From: an uncultured Candidatus Saccharibacteria bacterium
Lineage (GTDB): Bacteria; Patescibacteriota; Minisyncoccia; Phycocordibacterales; UBA918
NCBI GenBank assembly: GCA_964352875.1
Contig: CAYGTP010000002.1
Location: forward strand, 4,244 to 68,243
Direction of reading: 5' to 3'
Length of the DNA stretch: 64,000 nucleotides
Shown piece after piece: positions 45,750 to 57,800 of this stretch. The position numbers and the translations under genes were made by a program. Position 1 is the first letter of the stretch, and the number at the start of each line of letters is the position of its first letter. The notes beneath the pieces are model-generated. The model made no database searches and was not told the origin of the DNA. It saw only the letters and a program-made list of their open reading frames with translations.

Positions 45750-46730
45750 ATGCAAACTAACTACATCTACAGTACCAATCGAGTTACCGCTGTTGCCACC
45801 ACGCTTCTGCAGACAGCTGATATCGAACGTTTGCTCCAAACTACCTCAAGTATGGAGCTAGTAGATGTACTTAAAGAAACGTATCTTGGTGCATACTTAG
45901 ACACAGTTACTGCAGAGCAAGTAACGTCAGCTCTTGAAACAGCCGTCATGGACGCAAAAAGAACAATAGAAACAATTTCACCAGTTAAAGATTTGTTTCA
46001 ATTACTGTGGATTCAACACGATATTCACAATCTTCGCACTTTTGCGAAAGCCACTCGTCATGAGGTGTCGTATAGCGATCTGACTGGACTACTTTCAGAA
46101 CGAGGGCACTATTCGTCAACTGTATTACATAGCTACTTAGAGCGGAACGAGCTAAATCGGTTGCAAACTGGGTGGCAAGAAGTCTACGATCAGGCGGTTC
46201 GACACGTTGCTGATGGAGAGATAGACAAAGTCGATGCGCTTTTTGATCAGCTGTACTTCAATACAATTATACGGCTCGCGACTTGGCACAGAGATGTCTT
46301 CCTTACTGTGTACGTGCGAGCTTTGATAGATTGCTACAACCTTAAAGCAAAGTTGCGCGTCCTACGGTATCCAGCTCTCACTGCCACCACTGCACATGTA
46401 TCAGGCGGCACCTTTGCAGCTTCAGAACTTGAGACTAAAGATCAAGTAAAGCAAGCTGCTGCAGTACTCGGCACAGTTGATTGGGAAGTTGCATTGACGC
46501 AGTATGAAGAAACTGGCAACACCACTGTCTTTGATGTTTGTGTCGACGCCTATTTATTTCAACTAGCAAAACAAGCGAGCTACGATGCATTCTCTTCCGC
46601 TTCCATCGTACGCTACTACCGGCTAGCTGAAGCAAATGTAAGCAATGTGCGTGCAATCATAAATGGTAAAAATAGCCGTATGGATGAAACAATTATCCGA
46701 GCTAATCTGCGACTTGTGTATGACAACTAA
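45750..46730 (+). CDS. ntpC: V/A-type ATPase subunit C (d)
   Basis: YIYSTNRV..LL, DIHNLR, IDCYNLKA.LR, NVRAIINGK..IRANLR. Confidence 0.85.
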   Translation: MQTNYIYSTNRVTAVATTLLQTADIERLLQTTSSMELVDVLKETYLGAYLDTVTAEQVTSALETAVMDAKRTIETISPVKDLFQLLWIQHDIHNLRTFAKATRHEVSYSDLTGLLSERGHYSSTVLHSYLERNELNRLQTGWQEVYDQAVRHVADGEIDKVDALFDQLYFNTIIRLATWHRDVFLTVYVRALIDCYNLKAKLRVLRYPALTATTAHVSGGTFAASELETKDQVKQAAAVLGTVDWEVALTQYEETGNTTVFDVCVDAYLFQLAKQASYDAFSSASIVRYYRLAEANVSNVRAIINGKNSRMDETIIRANLRLVYDN

Positions 46731-47064
46731 CCAATACAAAATTGCCATCATTGGTCCCAATGAAACTGTCTCTGGCTTTCGTGCGCTTGGAGTAGATGCA
46801 CTTGATGCAAGAACCGGTAGTGAAGCAATGGAACAACTGCGACAGATCAAAATCAACCGTGACAATGGCGACGGTCCGCACTATGCCGTCGTCTGCATTA
46901 TAGAAGACTTACTCACTGACGTAGATAGCAGTGAATACAGCAAGATTATATCTGGCCCACTACCAGCTGTGATTTCTTTACCCGGTCCACAAGGTAGCCA
47001 GGGTGTCGCACTGGCGCGTTTGCGTCGGCTCGCAGAACAAGCCGTTGGCTCCGCCATTATTTAA
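46720..47064 (+). CDS. ntpG: V/A-type ATPase subunit F
   Basis: KIAIIGPNETVSGFRALGV, PAVISLP, EQAVGSAI. Confidence 0.9.
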   Translation: MTTNQYKIAIIGPNETVSGFRALGVDALDARTGSEAMEQLRQIKINRDNGDGPHYAVVCIIEDLLTDVDSSEYSKIISGPLPAVISLPGPQGSQGVALARLRRLAEQAVGSAII

Positions 47065-47102
47065 ATTTAAAAACGATTATTACTACCAGTAATTATAAAA
47101 GT

Positions 47103-48893
47103 ATGACTACAACAAACAATACAACAGAATCAACTACTGCAGCCGGTGTCATCACTAGAGTAACAGGGCCGTTGGTACGTGCCTCGGGCATGGGTGCTGC
47201 CAAGCTCTACGAAGTGGTTCGGGTATCTGAAGAACGTTTGATGGGTGAAATCATTGAACTTCACGGTGACGAAGCGGCGATTCAGGTGTACGAAGAAACC
47301 GCTGGAATTGCACCAGGTGACCCTGTCTACCGAACTGGTCGTACTATGTCTGTGGCGTTGGCGCCAGGTTTGTTGGAGTCTATCTATGACGGTGTACAAC
47401 GTCCGCTCAAAGAAATCGAAGCAGTGGCCGGTAACTGCTACATCAAACGCGGTATCGAAGCAGAAGCAATTGATACAAAAAAGCAGTGGAAATTTACTGC
47501 TAGCGTGAAGGCTGGCGATACGGTGGTAGCTGGTGACGTGCTGGGTGAAGTGCAGGAAACTGCTTTGATTGTCCACAAAATAATGGTACCCCCTGGTATC
47601 TCTGGGCAAGTGGCCACCATCCAAACCGGCGACTTTACGGTTACAGAAACGATTGCCACTATCACCACTGAAACTGGAGAAGAAGCCGTGCAGATGTTGC
47701 AGTACTGGCCGATTCGAGTAGCTCGACCAAAGCAAGCAAAAATTTTCCCGTCTGAACCACTCCGTACCGGAGGGCGATCTATCGATACGTTTTTTCCAAT
47801 TGCCAAAGGTGGAGCAGGGTCAATTCCTGGACCATTTGGTGCTGGAAAAACCGTCACACAGCAGTCAATTGCAAAGTACTGCGATGCGGAAATCATTGTC
47901 TACATTGGTTGCGGGGAACGGGGTAACGAGATGACTGAAGTACTGTCAGAATTCCCGCACCTGATTGATCCGAATACTGGCGAACCGTTGATGAAACGAA
48001 CGATTTTGATTGCTAATACCTCAAACATGCCAGTAGCAGCGCGTGAAGCGTCTGTCTACACTGGTATTACAATTGCGGAATACTACCGTGACATGGGGTA
48101 CAACGTAGCTTTGATGGCCGACTCGACGTCGCGTTGGGCTGAGGCGATGCGTGAAATCTCTGGTCGACTCGAAGAAATGCCGGGCGAAGAAGGGTATCCA
48201 GCCTATCTCTCATCACGTACTGCTGAATTTTATGAACGAGCTGGAATCGTGACAACCCTTGGAAGTGAAGGACGAACTGGATCATTGACGGTCATTGGAG
48301 CGGTATCACCACCGGGAGGTGACCTTTCAGAACCAGTCTCGCAAGCAACCTTGCGGGTGACTAAAACGTTTTGGTCACTCGACTCAGGTCTAGCGTACAA
48401 GAAGCATTTCCCGTCAATCAACTGGTTGACTTCATACTCTCTGTACGCTCCGAACTTCCAAAACTTTTGGGCAACAGAAATTGCGCCAGATTTCGCTAGC
48501 GTACGAGAAAGAGCCATCACCCTCTTAGGGCAGGAATCAAAACTGCTTGAAATTGTTCGACTGGTCGGAATGGAGTCCTTGTCACCAAGCGACCGTTTAG
48601 TGATCGAGGTAGCGCGAATGATTCGCGAAGACTTCTTATTTCAAAATGCTTTTGATCCTGACGATGCCTATACACCGCTTGATCGGCAATACGGCATCCT
48701 TAAGTCAATTGTCACGTTTTATGATGCCGGTTTAGGTGTTGTTTCTACACCAGACTTTGAATTTGCAACCTTTACCAAAATCCCTTCCCTGGCACAGGTA
48801 GCCACCCTGAAAAACCAACTGGACTGGAAAGCAGCAGACTTTGAAGCGTTTCAAGCAACGGTCCGGGACGAAATTAATAGCCTCGTAAAATAA
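47103..48893 (+). CDS. ntpA: V/A-type ATPase catalytic subunit A
   Basis: [54 protein letters not shown]. Confidence 0.98.
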   Translation: MTTTNNTTESTTAAGVITRVTGPLVRASGMGAAKLYEVVRVSEERLMGEIIELHGDEAAIQVYEETAGIAPGDPVYRTGRTMSVALAPGLLESIYDGVQRPLKEIEAVAGNCYIKRGIEAEAIDTKKQWKFTASVKAGDTVVAGDVLGEVQETALIVHKIMVPPGISGQVATIQTGDFTVTETIATITTETGEEAVQMLQYWPIRVARPKQAKIFPSEPLRTGGRSIDTFFPIAKGGAGSIPGPFGAGKTVTQQSIAKYCDAEIIVYIGCGERGNEMTEVLSEFPHLIDPNTGEPLMKRTILIANTSNMPVAAREASVYTGITIAEYYRDMGYNVALMADSTSRWAEAMREISGRLEEMPGEEGYPAYLSSRTAEFYERAGIVTTLGSEGRTGSLTVIGAVSPPGGDLSEPVSQATLRVTKTFWSLDSGLAYKKHFPSINWLTSYSLYAPNFQNFWATEIAPDFASVRERAITLLGQESKLLEIVRLVGMESLSPSDRLVIEVARMIREDFLFQNAFDPDDAYTPLDRQYGILKSIVTFYDAGLGVVSTPDFEFATFTKIPSLAQVATLKNQLDWKAADFEAFQATVRDEINSLVK

Positions 48894-48898
48894 TTCAT

Positions 48899-50284
48899 AT
48901 GAGTAACAAAGAATACAAATCAATCTCAGATATTGCAGGACCACTCTTGGTGGTAGAGGGGGTTGACGGAGCGCAATATGAAGAATTAGTCGAGGTAAAT
49001 GTACCAGGAGAGAGTGCGCCACGCTTTGGAAAGGTGCTTGATACAGCCAAAGGTAAAGCGGTAGTACAGATGTTTGCTACCACCGCCGGCATGACAGCTG
49101 ATAACACTACGGTACGCTTTAAGGGTGAAACACTTAAGCTTGGTGTATCAGAAGATATGCTCGGCCGTGTCTTTAATGGTTCTGGTGAAGTGATTGACGG
49201 CGGGCCTGAACTAGTAGCAGAACAACGTCTACCGATCTCTGGTGACCCAATCAACCCGTACTCACGTGAATTTCCTGACGACTTTATTCAAACTGGTATT
49301 GGCTCAATCGACGTTATGAACACGCTGGTTCGAGGCCAGAAACTACCGATTTTCTCAGGCGCTGGTCTCCCACACGCGCGGCTAGCAGCACAGATTGCTC
49401 GCCAAGCATCCGTTAAAGATGGGGGAGAATTCGCGATTGTTTTTGCTACTCTCGGTGTGTCGTTTGAAGAAGCTGAGTACTTCCGTCGTGAGTTTGAAGA
49501 AGCGGGAGCGCTCGGACGTTCAGTGTTGTTTATGAACACGGCGGCTGATCCAGTGGTAGAACGAATCTCAATTCCACGTATGGCACTCACTACGGCTGAA
49601 TACCTGGCGTTTGAAAAAGGTAAACACGTACTCGTTATTATGACCGACCTCACCAACTACTGTGAAGCATTGCGTGAAGTTTCAGCCGCCCGAAAAGAAG
49701 TTCCTGGACGTCGCGGGTACCCAGGCTACCTCTACACTGACCTTTCAACACTCTACGAACGAGCTGGGCGTGTCAAAGGAAAAGCTGGTACCATTACGCA
49801 GATTCCAATTCTCACGATGCCCGACGACGATAAGACACACCCGGTTCCAGACCTCACTGGGTACATTACTGAAGGACAATTTGTAGTGTCTCGCGAACTT
49901 TCAAATCAAGGGATTTTCCCGCCAATCGACGTACAAGGTTCACTATCTCGACTGTGGGCTGCAGGAGTCGGAGAAGGAAAGACTCGTGACGACCATAAGA
50001 ACCTCAAAGACCAACTGTTTGCCTCGTACGCAACGGGTAAAGAAGTCCGAGAACTCGCCGTTGTACTTGGTGAAGCATCGCTTGATGACTCTGACCTCGC
50101 TCATCTCAAATTTGCCGATGCCTTTGAAAAACAATTTATTGGACAGGGTGAGTTTGAAAATAGGTCGGTAGAAGAATCACTTGACCTGGGTTGGAAACTA
50201 CTCGAACTCTTGCCGCGCCAGTCACTCAAGCGTGTTAAGCCAGCTGAAATTGAAGCGCATATGTCTGCGGTTGTAGCTAACTAA
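48899..50284 (+). CDS. ntpB: V/A-type ATPase subunit B
   Basis: [53 protein letters not shown]. Confidence 0.98.
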   Translation: MSNKEYKSISDIAGPLLVVEGVDGAQYEELVEVNVPGESAPRFGKVLDTAKGKAVVQMFATTAGMTADNTTVRFKGETLKLGVSEDMLGRVFNGSGEVIDGGPELVAEQRLPISGDPINPYSREFPDDFIQTGIGSIDVMNTLVRGQKLPIFSGAGLPHARLAAQIARQASVKDGGEFAIVFATLGVSFEEAEYFRREFEEAGALGRSVLFMNTAADPVVERISIPRMALTTAEYLAFEKGKHVLVIMTDLTNYCEALREVSAARKEVPGRRGYPGYLYTDLSTLYERAGRVKGKAGTITQIPILTMPDDDKTHPVPDLTGYITEGQFVVSRELSNQGIFPPIDVQGSLSRLWAAGVGEGKTRDDHKNLKDQLFASYATGKEVRELAVVLGEASLDDSDLAHLKFADAFEKQFIGQGEFENRSVEESLDLGWKLLELLPRQSLKRVKPAEIEAHMSAVVAN

Positions 50285-50308
50285 TACGATAGAATACAAA
50301 CACTATCT

Positions 50309-50944
50309 ATGGCAATTCTAAAAGTTAGTCCCACCCGCATCGCACTCCTTGGCCTTAAAAAGGAAGTCAAGGTAGCCAAAAAGGGTCACAAACTACTCAA
50401 AGACAAGCGAGATGGACTCGTGAAGAAGTTCATGTCTGTAATCTATGAAGCCAAGTCGCTTCGTGAAATGGTGGAGGCCAAGCTCGGCTCAGCTTTTGAT
50501 TCATATGCTAGAGCGAGTGCCATGACCCCAAAAAAGACTTTGGATGTTGCGTTTATGTTGCCAAATGCTGACGTGACACTCGGCGTCAAAGTTAGTAGTG
50601 TGATGTCGGTTAAAATCCCGGAGTTTACCGTCGAAAAGACTGGTTCAGCGTTTTCTTACGGACTATTGGAGACAACTGGTGATTTGGACAATGCGATTAC
50701 TAAGTTTGATGAAGTATTTGTTGATATTTTGAAACTTGCAGCACTCGAAAAGACGGCTGAAAGTCTGGCCGAAGAAATTGAAAAGACGCGACGGCGCGTA
50801 TCAGCGCTCGAAAATGTCCGTATTCCCAATCTCGAAGATACGATTAAATTCATCACCATGCAGCTCGATGAACGCAACCGCGACGCGGTGGTCTCAACCA
50901 TGCGCGTGAAGGCCATGATTATGGCGAAAGAAGCGGTTAAGTAG
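50309..50944 (+). CDS. ntpD: V/A-type ATPase subunit D
   Basis: SPTRIAL, KGHKLLKDKRDGL, IEKTRRRVSALE.V.IP. Confidence 0.96.
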   Translation: MAILKVSPTRIALLGLKKEVKVAKKGHKLLKDKRDGLVKKFMSVIYEAKSLREMVEAKLGSAFDSYARASAMTPKKTLDVAFMLPNADVTLGVKVSSVMSVKIPEFTVEKTGSAFSYGLLETTGDLDNAITKFDEVFVDILKLAALEKTAESLAEEIEKTRRRVSALENVRIPNLEDTIKFITMQLDERNRDAVVSTMRVKAMIMAKEAVK

Positions 50945-50986
50945 TTATCCGAAACCGCAAGATACTACATATACTATTTAATCGTG

Positions 50987-52330
50987 TTACTCGGCTCGTA
51001 TAATTGCGAGTACTTCATCTCGTTTGCTTTCCATCAATTTCTTGTTGTCGGCTTCGAGGTTCATGCGCATGACAGGGTCGTTGGCAGAGGGGCGCACGTT
51101 ACACCACCAATCATCGTATTTGATAGTCAAACCATCGATGGTTTCAAAGGTGGCATCAGCAAAATTGGCTCGCAACGCTTCATAAATTTCTTCGGAAGTT
51201 CTTGTAATCGTGCTATTTATTTCAGTGGAATGAAAGTAAACGATGTGTTCAGCGGAGTAGGTAGAGAGTTTTTTATGATCGCGTTGCATGATTTGCATCA
51301 ACAAGAGAGCTGGGTAAATACCACCTTCGGAGTTATACATCTCTTTAAAAAAGTGGTGTCCGGTCAATTCAAACGCATACAGGGCATTAGTTTCAGCCAT
51401 TTTACGGCGTAAATGTGTATGGCCGATACGATACGGCAGTATTTCACCCCCTAGTTTAGTAACTACTTCACCAATATGTTTTGAGGAGCGAACATCTTGG
51501 ATAATCAAGCCTTTTTTCTGCTGCAGTAGTTCAGAAGCGATCATAATGCCAATCACGTCCTGCGTTACTGGCGTGCCGATTTCATCTACAATACCAATTC
51601 GGTCAGCGTCACCGTCAAGTGCAATACCGATAGCGGCGCCGACTGCTCGCACTTTCTCTCCCAAATCCTTCATAGTGTCGAGTTTCATCGGATTAGCTTC
51701 GTGGTTGGGGAGTGACCAGTCGTAGGTGTCATAAAGGGGAATGACTTCGAGCGCTGGAAACGACTGCAGCGTTTCGATTTCTAAAATACCGACCATGTTC
51801 GCCGGGTCAACAACTACCTTGATTGGTTTAGACTCGTCAAATGTAATGAGTGATTGACAGTGAGCTATCCATTTTGGTTTGATGTCTACTTCCGTCCGTG
51901 TTCCTGACTTCGTTACTGCCGGAAAGTTGTCTTCTTGTACGATGTCTCGAATTGTATCAAGACCGTACTCGAGTCCAATCGGAACGACATGTTTGATACA
52001 AGGCTTCAATCCATTGAATTGTGGAGCCATATGTGAACCACTCACCATGATACTCACGTCTGAGTCATACGTACCAGCACCAAAATACAACATTGGAGTA
52101 GTCACCAGTCCAAGCGCAATCACGTCAACGCCTTGCGCTAGAAAACCTTCTACCACTGCAGCATAGAGCGCTTGGGACGACGGACGATAATCATGTCCAA
52201 CCACCGCAATCGATGGTTGGTACACTACGCTCATGGCTTGGGCAACTTTTTTTGCTTCTGTTTCATTTATTTCAGTCGGGTATTCGCCCCGAATATCAAA
52301 ACTACGATAAATGCTTTTGAGATGCTCCAT
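50987..52330 (-). CDS. Phosphomannomutase/phosphoglucomutase
   Basis: FDIRG, VSGSHM (phospho-Ser loop), DGDADR, FELTGH, VRPSANDP. Confidence 0.9.
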   Translation of the reverse strand: MEHLKSIYRSFDIRGEYPTEINETEAKKVAQAMSVVYQPSIAVVGHDYRPSSQALYAAVVEGFLAQGVDVIALGLVTTPMLYFGAGTYDSDVSIMVSGSHMAPQFNGLKPCIKHVVPIGLEYGLDTIRDIVQEDNFPAVTKSGTRTEVDIKPKWIAHCQSLITFDESKPIKVVVDPANMVGILEIETLQSFPALEVIPLYDTYDWSLPNHEANPMKLDTMKDLGEKVRAVGAAIGIALDGDADRIGIVDEIGTPVTQDVIGIMIASELLQQKKGLIIQDVRSSKHIGEVVTKLGGEILPYRIGHTHLRRKMAETNALYAFELTGHHFFKEMYNSEGGIYPALLLMQIMQRDHKKLSTYSAEHIVYFHSTEINSTITRTSEEIYEALRANFADATFETIDGLTIKYDDWWCNVRPSANDPVMRMNLEADNKKLMESKRDEVLAIIRAE

Positions 52331-52474
52331 AGGATTTATTAATTTGTATACTCACTATAATAGCGTATGCAACCCAAAAGTTATAAAAGCAGTCGGCTAT
52401 AGCATACGCCGCCCAAACGGCACTTGTACACAAAACAAGGGGTTATCGGGCAGACAATTTGCTATCATTTAGAT

Positions 52475-53002
52475 ATGGATGCACTGATTATTTTCCTTAC
52501 TGTTCTACAAGGCACGGCTATCTCTCTCGGGATGGGAGGGTCGACGTTTGCGATCCTCAATTTCTTTGCTGCTATTGCTGACGGGGTGATTAGTGAAGAA
52601 GAGCGTAATCTAATGGGTATTGTCTACACTGTCCTGCGGATTGTCATGGTTGTGATTTTGATTACCGCTGCAGCACTGGCAATTGATGGGTATCTGACCA
52701 GCGAGAAAGCGTACTTTACTCCGTATATCCTAGCGATTTGGACTTTGATTATTGTGCTATACAGCAATGCATTTTTGATGACCAAGCGCATCATGCCGAG
52801 TACCATTGGTCCGGCGTTGCAGGCTAGTACCTGGTATACACTTGGCATTTTTGGAGCCTTTTATTCACTTCGCCTGACTGACTTTACCTATATGCAATTT
52901 ATTTTGTCATATTTTGCTTTTATTATCTTTGCTGTTGCCTTAGTAAATGGCGTCATGGCGTATCTCAAAGAACAACGTAAATCTGGTGTACAAGCCGACT
53001 AA
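52475..53002 (+). CDS. Hypothetical multi-TM membrane protein
   Basis: About five hydrophobic helices; TATCAT 6 nt upstream of ATG 52475. Confidence 0.7.
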   Translation: MDALIIFLTVLQGTAISLGMGGSTFAILNFFAAIADGVISEEERNLMGIVYTVLRIVMVVILITAAALAIDGYLTSEKAYFTPYILAIWTLIIVLYSNAFLMTKRIMPSTIGPALQASTWYTLGIFGAFYSLRLTDFTYMQFILSYFAFIIFAVALVNGVMAYLKEQRKSGVQAD

Positions 53003-53016
53003 CACGGCAAGTAACT

Positions 53017-53025
53017 TGGTATAAT
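53017..53025 (+). promoter_or_regulatory. Extended -10 promoter 6 nt before ATG (probable leaderless)
   Basis: TGGTATAAT-aagccg-ATG(53032). Confidence 0.55.
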
Positions 53026-53031
53026 AAGCCG

Positions 53032-54822
53032 ATGCAGCATCAGCTGGGGCTTTTTTGGAATAAATACTGGAAAACAGTACTTAGTGGCATTTTGTTAGTG
53101 ATGCTAATTATTGGTGGCTTTACCTATTATCAGACAGCTTTTGGTGTTACCTATACCTGGGATGGAGAAGGGGCAACTAACGATTGGTCTGACTGTGACA
53201 ACTGGTCGAGTGATACTTGTCCTGACAGTGGAGACTCCGTCCTATTTAATGCAACAAGTATTAAGGATGCTACTTTTGATTCTGCTGCTACCAGTACTCT
53301 GGTTAACCTGTCACTTGCAAGTGGGTACACTGGTACCGTAACTATAAGTAAAGACCTCAACGTTACCGGACAACTCATCTTGGCAGATGGAACTTTTTTA
53401 GCTCCCACTACCAACCTAAGCGTCACTGACTTTATTCACACTGGAGGTACTTTTACTCATCGTGATGGCACGGTTCGTTTTGGTGATACTGGCATGTTGC
53501 AGTCACTGTCAAACACAACATTTTCTAATGTGTCCATTGGTTACAATCAACCTTTAAATTCGATGATAGCTTACTACAAGCTTGATGAAAGCACTGCGAA
53601 TACAACTGTGGTGGACAGTTCAGACAATGGTTTCAACGGTACCCCGTACGGCACAGGTGGAGCCAATAACTACCCTCAACCAACTACAGATGTACCGCCG
53701 GGTATTCATTTTTTGAATTCTTATGCGCTTGATTTTGATGGCACAAACGATGAAGTCATAGTTCCATACAACGCTGCATTTGAAGCCACGGACGACCTTA
53801 CAGTTTCGTTTTGGGTTAAACTAGACGGTGCGGGTGCCCTTGACGGAATTGTCGCTCGACGAGAATCATCTGGATCACGGTTTTCATGGATAGTTGCTGT
53901 AAACTCCTCTCGAAATGTACAATTTTACACATCAACCTCAGGCTTTAATTTTCCTGTAATTAACTCATCAATTACCCTAAGTCTTGATACATGGCACCAC
54001 ATACTCGTAACTAACGATGCGAGTAATGGCTCTAGTGGCAAAAAAATCTATATTGACGGTATAGAACGAGGTAGCGGAGGAGGTACGACATTATTTAAGA
54101 GCGCAACTGCACAAGTATACTTAGGAAGAGATGCCTGTTGCGGAGACAGATTTTTTGATGGTACGTTGGACGATGTACGTATCTACAGTGAAGTCTTAAC
54201 AGCAGATGAACGAGCTCTTTTGTTCAATGGACTATACGAATACACTGATTTTGTGTTAGCTAGTACTACGTTGCATGCAAATACCCTTGATACCGATGGC
54301 AACTTATTAATTGTAGAAGACTCTACTCTAGATGTTTCGACGTCTTCTTGTAGTGGTTCTTGTGATATTGAAGTGGCTGGTGACGTTACAAACTACGGGA
54401 CATTTATGGCACGGACAGGGAACGTTACGTTTAATGGCACTGATCAAACCCTTACCGGTTCAACCACGTTTTATAATTTTATTAAGAACGCTACTGCCTC
54501 AAGCACCCTACGCTTCGAAGCTGGTAGTCTGCAAACTATAACTAATCTACTAACCCTGCGAGGAGCAATCAGTACGTTTCTATCATTACGTTCAACTGTA
54601 CCAGGGAGTCAATGGTTTATTGATGCACCAGGCATAGCTTCTCGATCAATTGATCGCGTCTTGGTACAAGATTCTAATAACACTGGGGCTGAATCAATTG
54701 AGGTGCAACTGCCGACTTCCAACGATGCTGGAAACAACACAAATTGGACTTTTTTGCCACCGCGTGAGATTTTTAGACTTAATGGTGGTTTACGTTTGAT
54801 CGGAGATATTTTATTTAGGTAA
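53032..54822 (+). CDS. Secreted LamG-like (concanavalin) domain surface protein with beta-helix-like repeats
   Basis: N-terminal TM; YTWDG..WSDCDNWS; AYYKLDE..DSS, ALDFDG, TVSFWVK, WHHI, IYIDG, FDGTLDDVRIYSEVL. Confidence 0.82.
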   Translation: MQHQLGLFWNKYWKTVLSGILLVMLIIGGFTYYQTAFGVTYTWDGEGATNDWSDCDNWSSDTCPDSGDSVLFNATSIKDATFDSAATSTLVNLSLASGYTGTVTISKDLNVTGQLILADGTFLAPTTNLSVTDFIHTGGTFTHRDGTVRFGDTGMLQSLSNTTFSNVSIGYNQPLNSMIAYYKLDESTANTTVVDSSDNGFNGTPYGTGGANNYPQPTTDVPPGIHFLNSYALDFDGTNDEVIVPYNAAFEATDDLTVSFWVKLDGAGALDGIVARRESSGSRFSWIVAVNSSRNVQFYTSTSGFNFPVINSSITLSLDTWHHILVTNDASNGSSGKKIYIDGIERGSGGGTTLFKSATAQVYLGRDACCGDRFFDGTLDDVRIYSEVLTADERALLFNGLYEYTDFVLASTTLHANTLDTDGNLLIVEDSTLDVSTSSCSGSCDIEVAGDVTNYGTFMARTGNVTFNGTDQTLTGSTTFYNFIKNATASSTLRFEAGSLQTITNLLTLRGAISTFLSLRSTVPGSQWFIDAPGIASRSIDRVLVQDSNNTGAESIEVQLPTSNDAGNNTNWTFLPPREIFRLNGGLRLIGDILFR

Positions 54823-54825
54823 ATC

Positions 54826-54862
54826 AACCAAGACCCCAGCATTAGATGCTGGGGTCTTGGTT
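54826..54862. terminator. Bidirectional terminator between convergent genes
   Basis: AACCAAGACCCCAGCAT-TAG-ATGCTGGGGTCTTGGTT, 17-bp stem. Confidence 0.8.
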
Positions 54863-54876
54863 TATTTGATAGGTGT

Positions 54877-57800
54877 TTACCCAGGTTTACGGTTGTAGGC
54901 AACTGGAATCAATACCAAGGTAATAACTACTGAGAAAATGAGTCCAAACATCACGGCATACGCAAGTGGAGCCCATAGGTCGCCAGCGTAGGTAAGTGGC
55001 ACCATACCAATAACAGTAGTAGCTGTTGTTAGAAGAATTGGACGTAAGCGGTTGCCAGCAGCATCTAGCACTACTTCACGAATCGGTCGCAGTGGGTTTT
55101 TGGCGCGCATTTGATTCATCATGTCAATCAACAAAATTGAGTTGTTGACTACAATTCCAGATAAGGCAATAAAGCCCATGATAGACGGAAAGGAAAGTGG
55201 GTTTTGAGTAATCGCTAGTCCAATCATAATTCCAATTAATGAGTAGGGCAGAATAGACAACACATAAATCGTATAACGATACGAGTTGAATTGAAGCGTT
55301 AGGACTCCCACCATCAACCCAATTCCAACCAGTAAGGCAAGGAGCATTTCAATAAAGGCTTGGTTAGATTCGTCAGTTTCTCCGCCACCAGTGCTGATTT
55401 CCACATCATCTGGGATAGCTAACTCACTAGTAATGCGAGCCATGGCAGCCGCTTGTGCTTCGCGAGCATTCCCGTCAGCAGTCACGTCAGCAGTTACAGT
55501 AACTACCCGCTTACTATCTTCATGATTAATCACTGAACTTGATTCTCGCAATGATATATTGACGAGACTAGAAAGTGGCACTTCATTGCCAGTCGGCGTT
55601 GGGATACTAATCCGTGATAGTGAACCAATCGACGCTTGATTGGTAGTGTCACTGGTCACTATGCGGTTATTGTCCACGTTAAGTTTTACCACTACGTCAA
55701 TATCTTCGTTCAATGTCGTCAGTGAGGTCGCGTCAGTCCCAAACACAGCCGTACGAGCAATTTGAGAGATAGTAAACGGATTGAGACCTAGTGCCGTGGC
55801 CTTAGCTCGGTCTAGTTCTAGGACAAACTCAGTATTATTATTGTTAGTACTAGATTCGACGTTGGTTATATTTGGTGTTGATTTAAATATCTCAGCTGAT
55901 TCGTTAGCAAACCGAGTAATTTCCGTTAAATCATCGCCTAAAAATTTAACAATAATTGCAGCTCCCGTCGGCGGACCATCACTTGGTTGGTTTACGGTTA
56001 CTTTAATATCTCGAATCGAAGCCATCGCCAATCGCAAATCTTCGACAATCTCAGTACTGGTACGAGTCCGATCATCACGTAGTGAGACAAACATGTTGGC
56101 TAGTTTTTCACCACTACCACCTCCTCCAAACTGACTTCCGCTTCCGACTGTTACAGTGAATGATTCAATGTCTGGAGCTTCGTAGAGAATTTCTTCGACT
56201 CGGCGCGCCCCAATGTCTGTAATTTCTTTGACGGTACCTTCTGGGTTTTCTACCTCAACGATGATGAAGTCAACATCTCCTTGTTCGAAGAAGACAACTT
56301 TCACAATACCAACAGCAGGAAGAATTAAGGCAGCAACTAAGGCTAATCGGATGCCCCAGAGAAAGATCCGTTCGGCTTTCTTGTTGTTAAGGATTTTATC
56401 AAGCTGCTTTCTGTACCAACTTTCAAGTTGTCGTGAGTATTCAGTCTGACGTTGTTCCAGCTTAGTTTCACTCCGTCGGCGTAAGAAGCCTGCTGCGAGC
56501 AATGGAATGATAGCAAGTGCCACAAACATTGAAGCGAACAACAAGAAAATTAATGTAAATGGAATGCTGGCGATAAACTGTCCGATTACGCCCGAAACGA
56601 TAAATAACCCGACAAACATCGACACTGTAGTGAGGGTACCAGAAATCAGTGGCGCCTTAAATTCTTGAATAGTTTCAATCGCGGCTTGCTGCTTGTCTAT
56701 AGTCGGATTATCTTTCATCTTTCGGTTAATACCTTCAACCATCACGATGGCTGAGTCAACTAAAATACCAATTCCCAGAATCAAAGAAAATAAACTGAGG
56801 AAGTTAATGGTATTACCAGAAAAATACAGTCCAATAAAACCAAATAGGAATGATAGGGGAATAGCTGCTCCAGCCAACAAGCCTTCACGCCAGCCAATCG
56901 CAATTACTAAAAGTAGTACGACTAACAATACAGTTTGTAAGCCTGAAGATGATAGTCGGACCAGGTCTTTTTCGATTTGCTCTCCGGCATCAAGCACCGT
57001 CAATACGGTCAGGTTTTCGAGCAACTGGTTTGGTTCTTGCAGCTCAGCTAAACGATCATTGATCCCACGTGCAATCGCCGTAATATCGCCACCAGTTTGT
57101 TTGTAGACATCAAACGAGATGGAGTTTTGTGACGGTTCGTTGGCAACACTGAGTCGTGAGATTGATGACGCTGGTGCCAGTCCATCAACCACAGTTGCAA
57201 TATCACGAATATACACTGGTTGCCCACCTCTGGTGGTAATACCGATGTTAGCAATGTGTGCACTGTCAGTAATGTCGCCTTCAAAAGCGACGTTATATGC
57301 CACACCATTGTTTTCAATTTGACCAATTGGGAGCGTAATATTCGCGTTGCGTATAGCGTTTGTAATATCGCTAAGACTAAGTCCAAACCGCAATAAAGCA
57401 GCTTGGTCAACAATCACTGTAACTTCACGGTCTTGCACTCCACCAGTTTCTACTCGCGAGACACCGGCTAGTTTTTCGATTTCACGTTCGACGTCAATGG
57501 CCAATTCAGTGAACGCAAATGGACTTAGATCCCCAGCAATAGCAAAAGTAAGAATGGGTTGATCAACAAAGTTTACTTCGCTCACAAACGGATCTTCAGC
57601 GTTATCGGGGAGGTCCTGTTTTATTTTATCAACCTCGTCTTTTAAATCCTGAATAGACGTATCAAGGTCAGCGTTAGCATCAAATTCAACCGTGACAGAT
57701 GAAACCCCTTCGCGTGACACAGACGTAATCTGGTCGACGTTTTCCAGCGCTGTTAAACCTCGTTCGATTTCGTTAGTAATTAACGACTCAACATCAGCAG

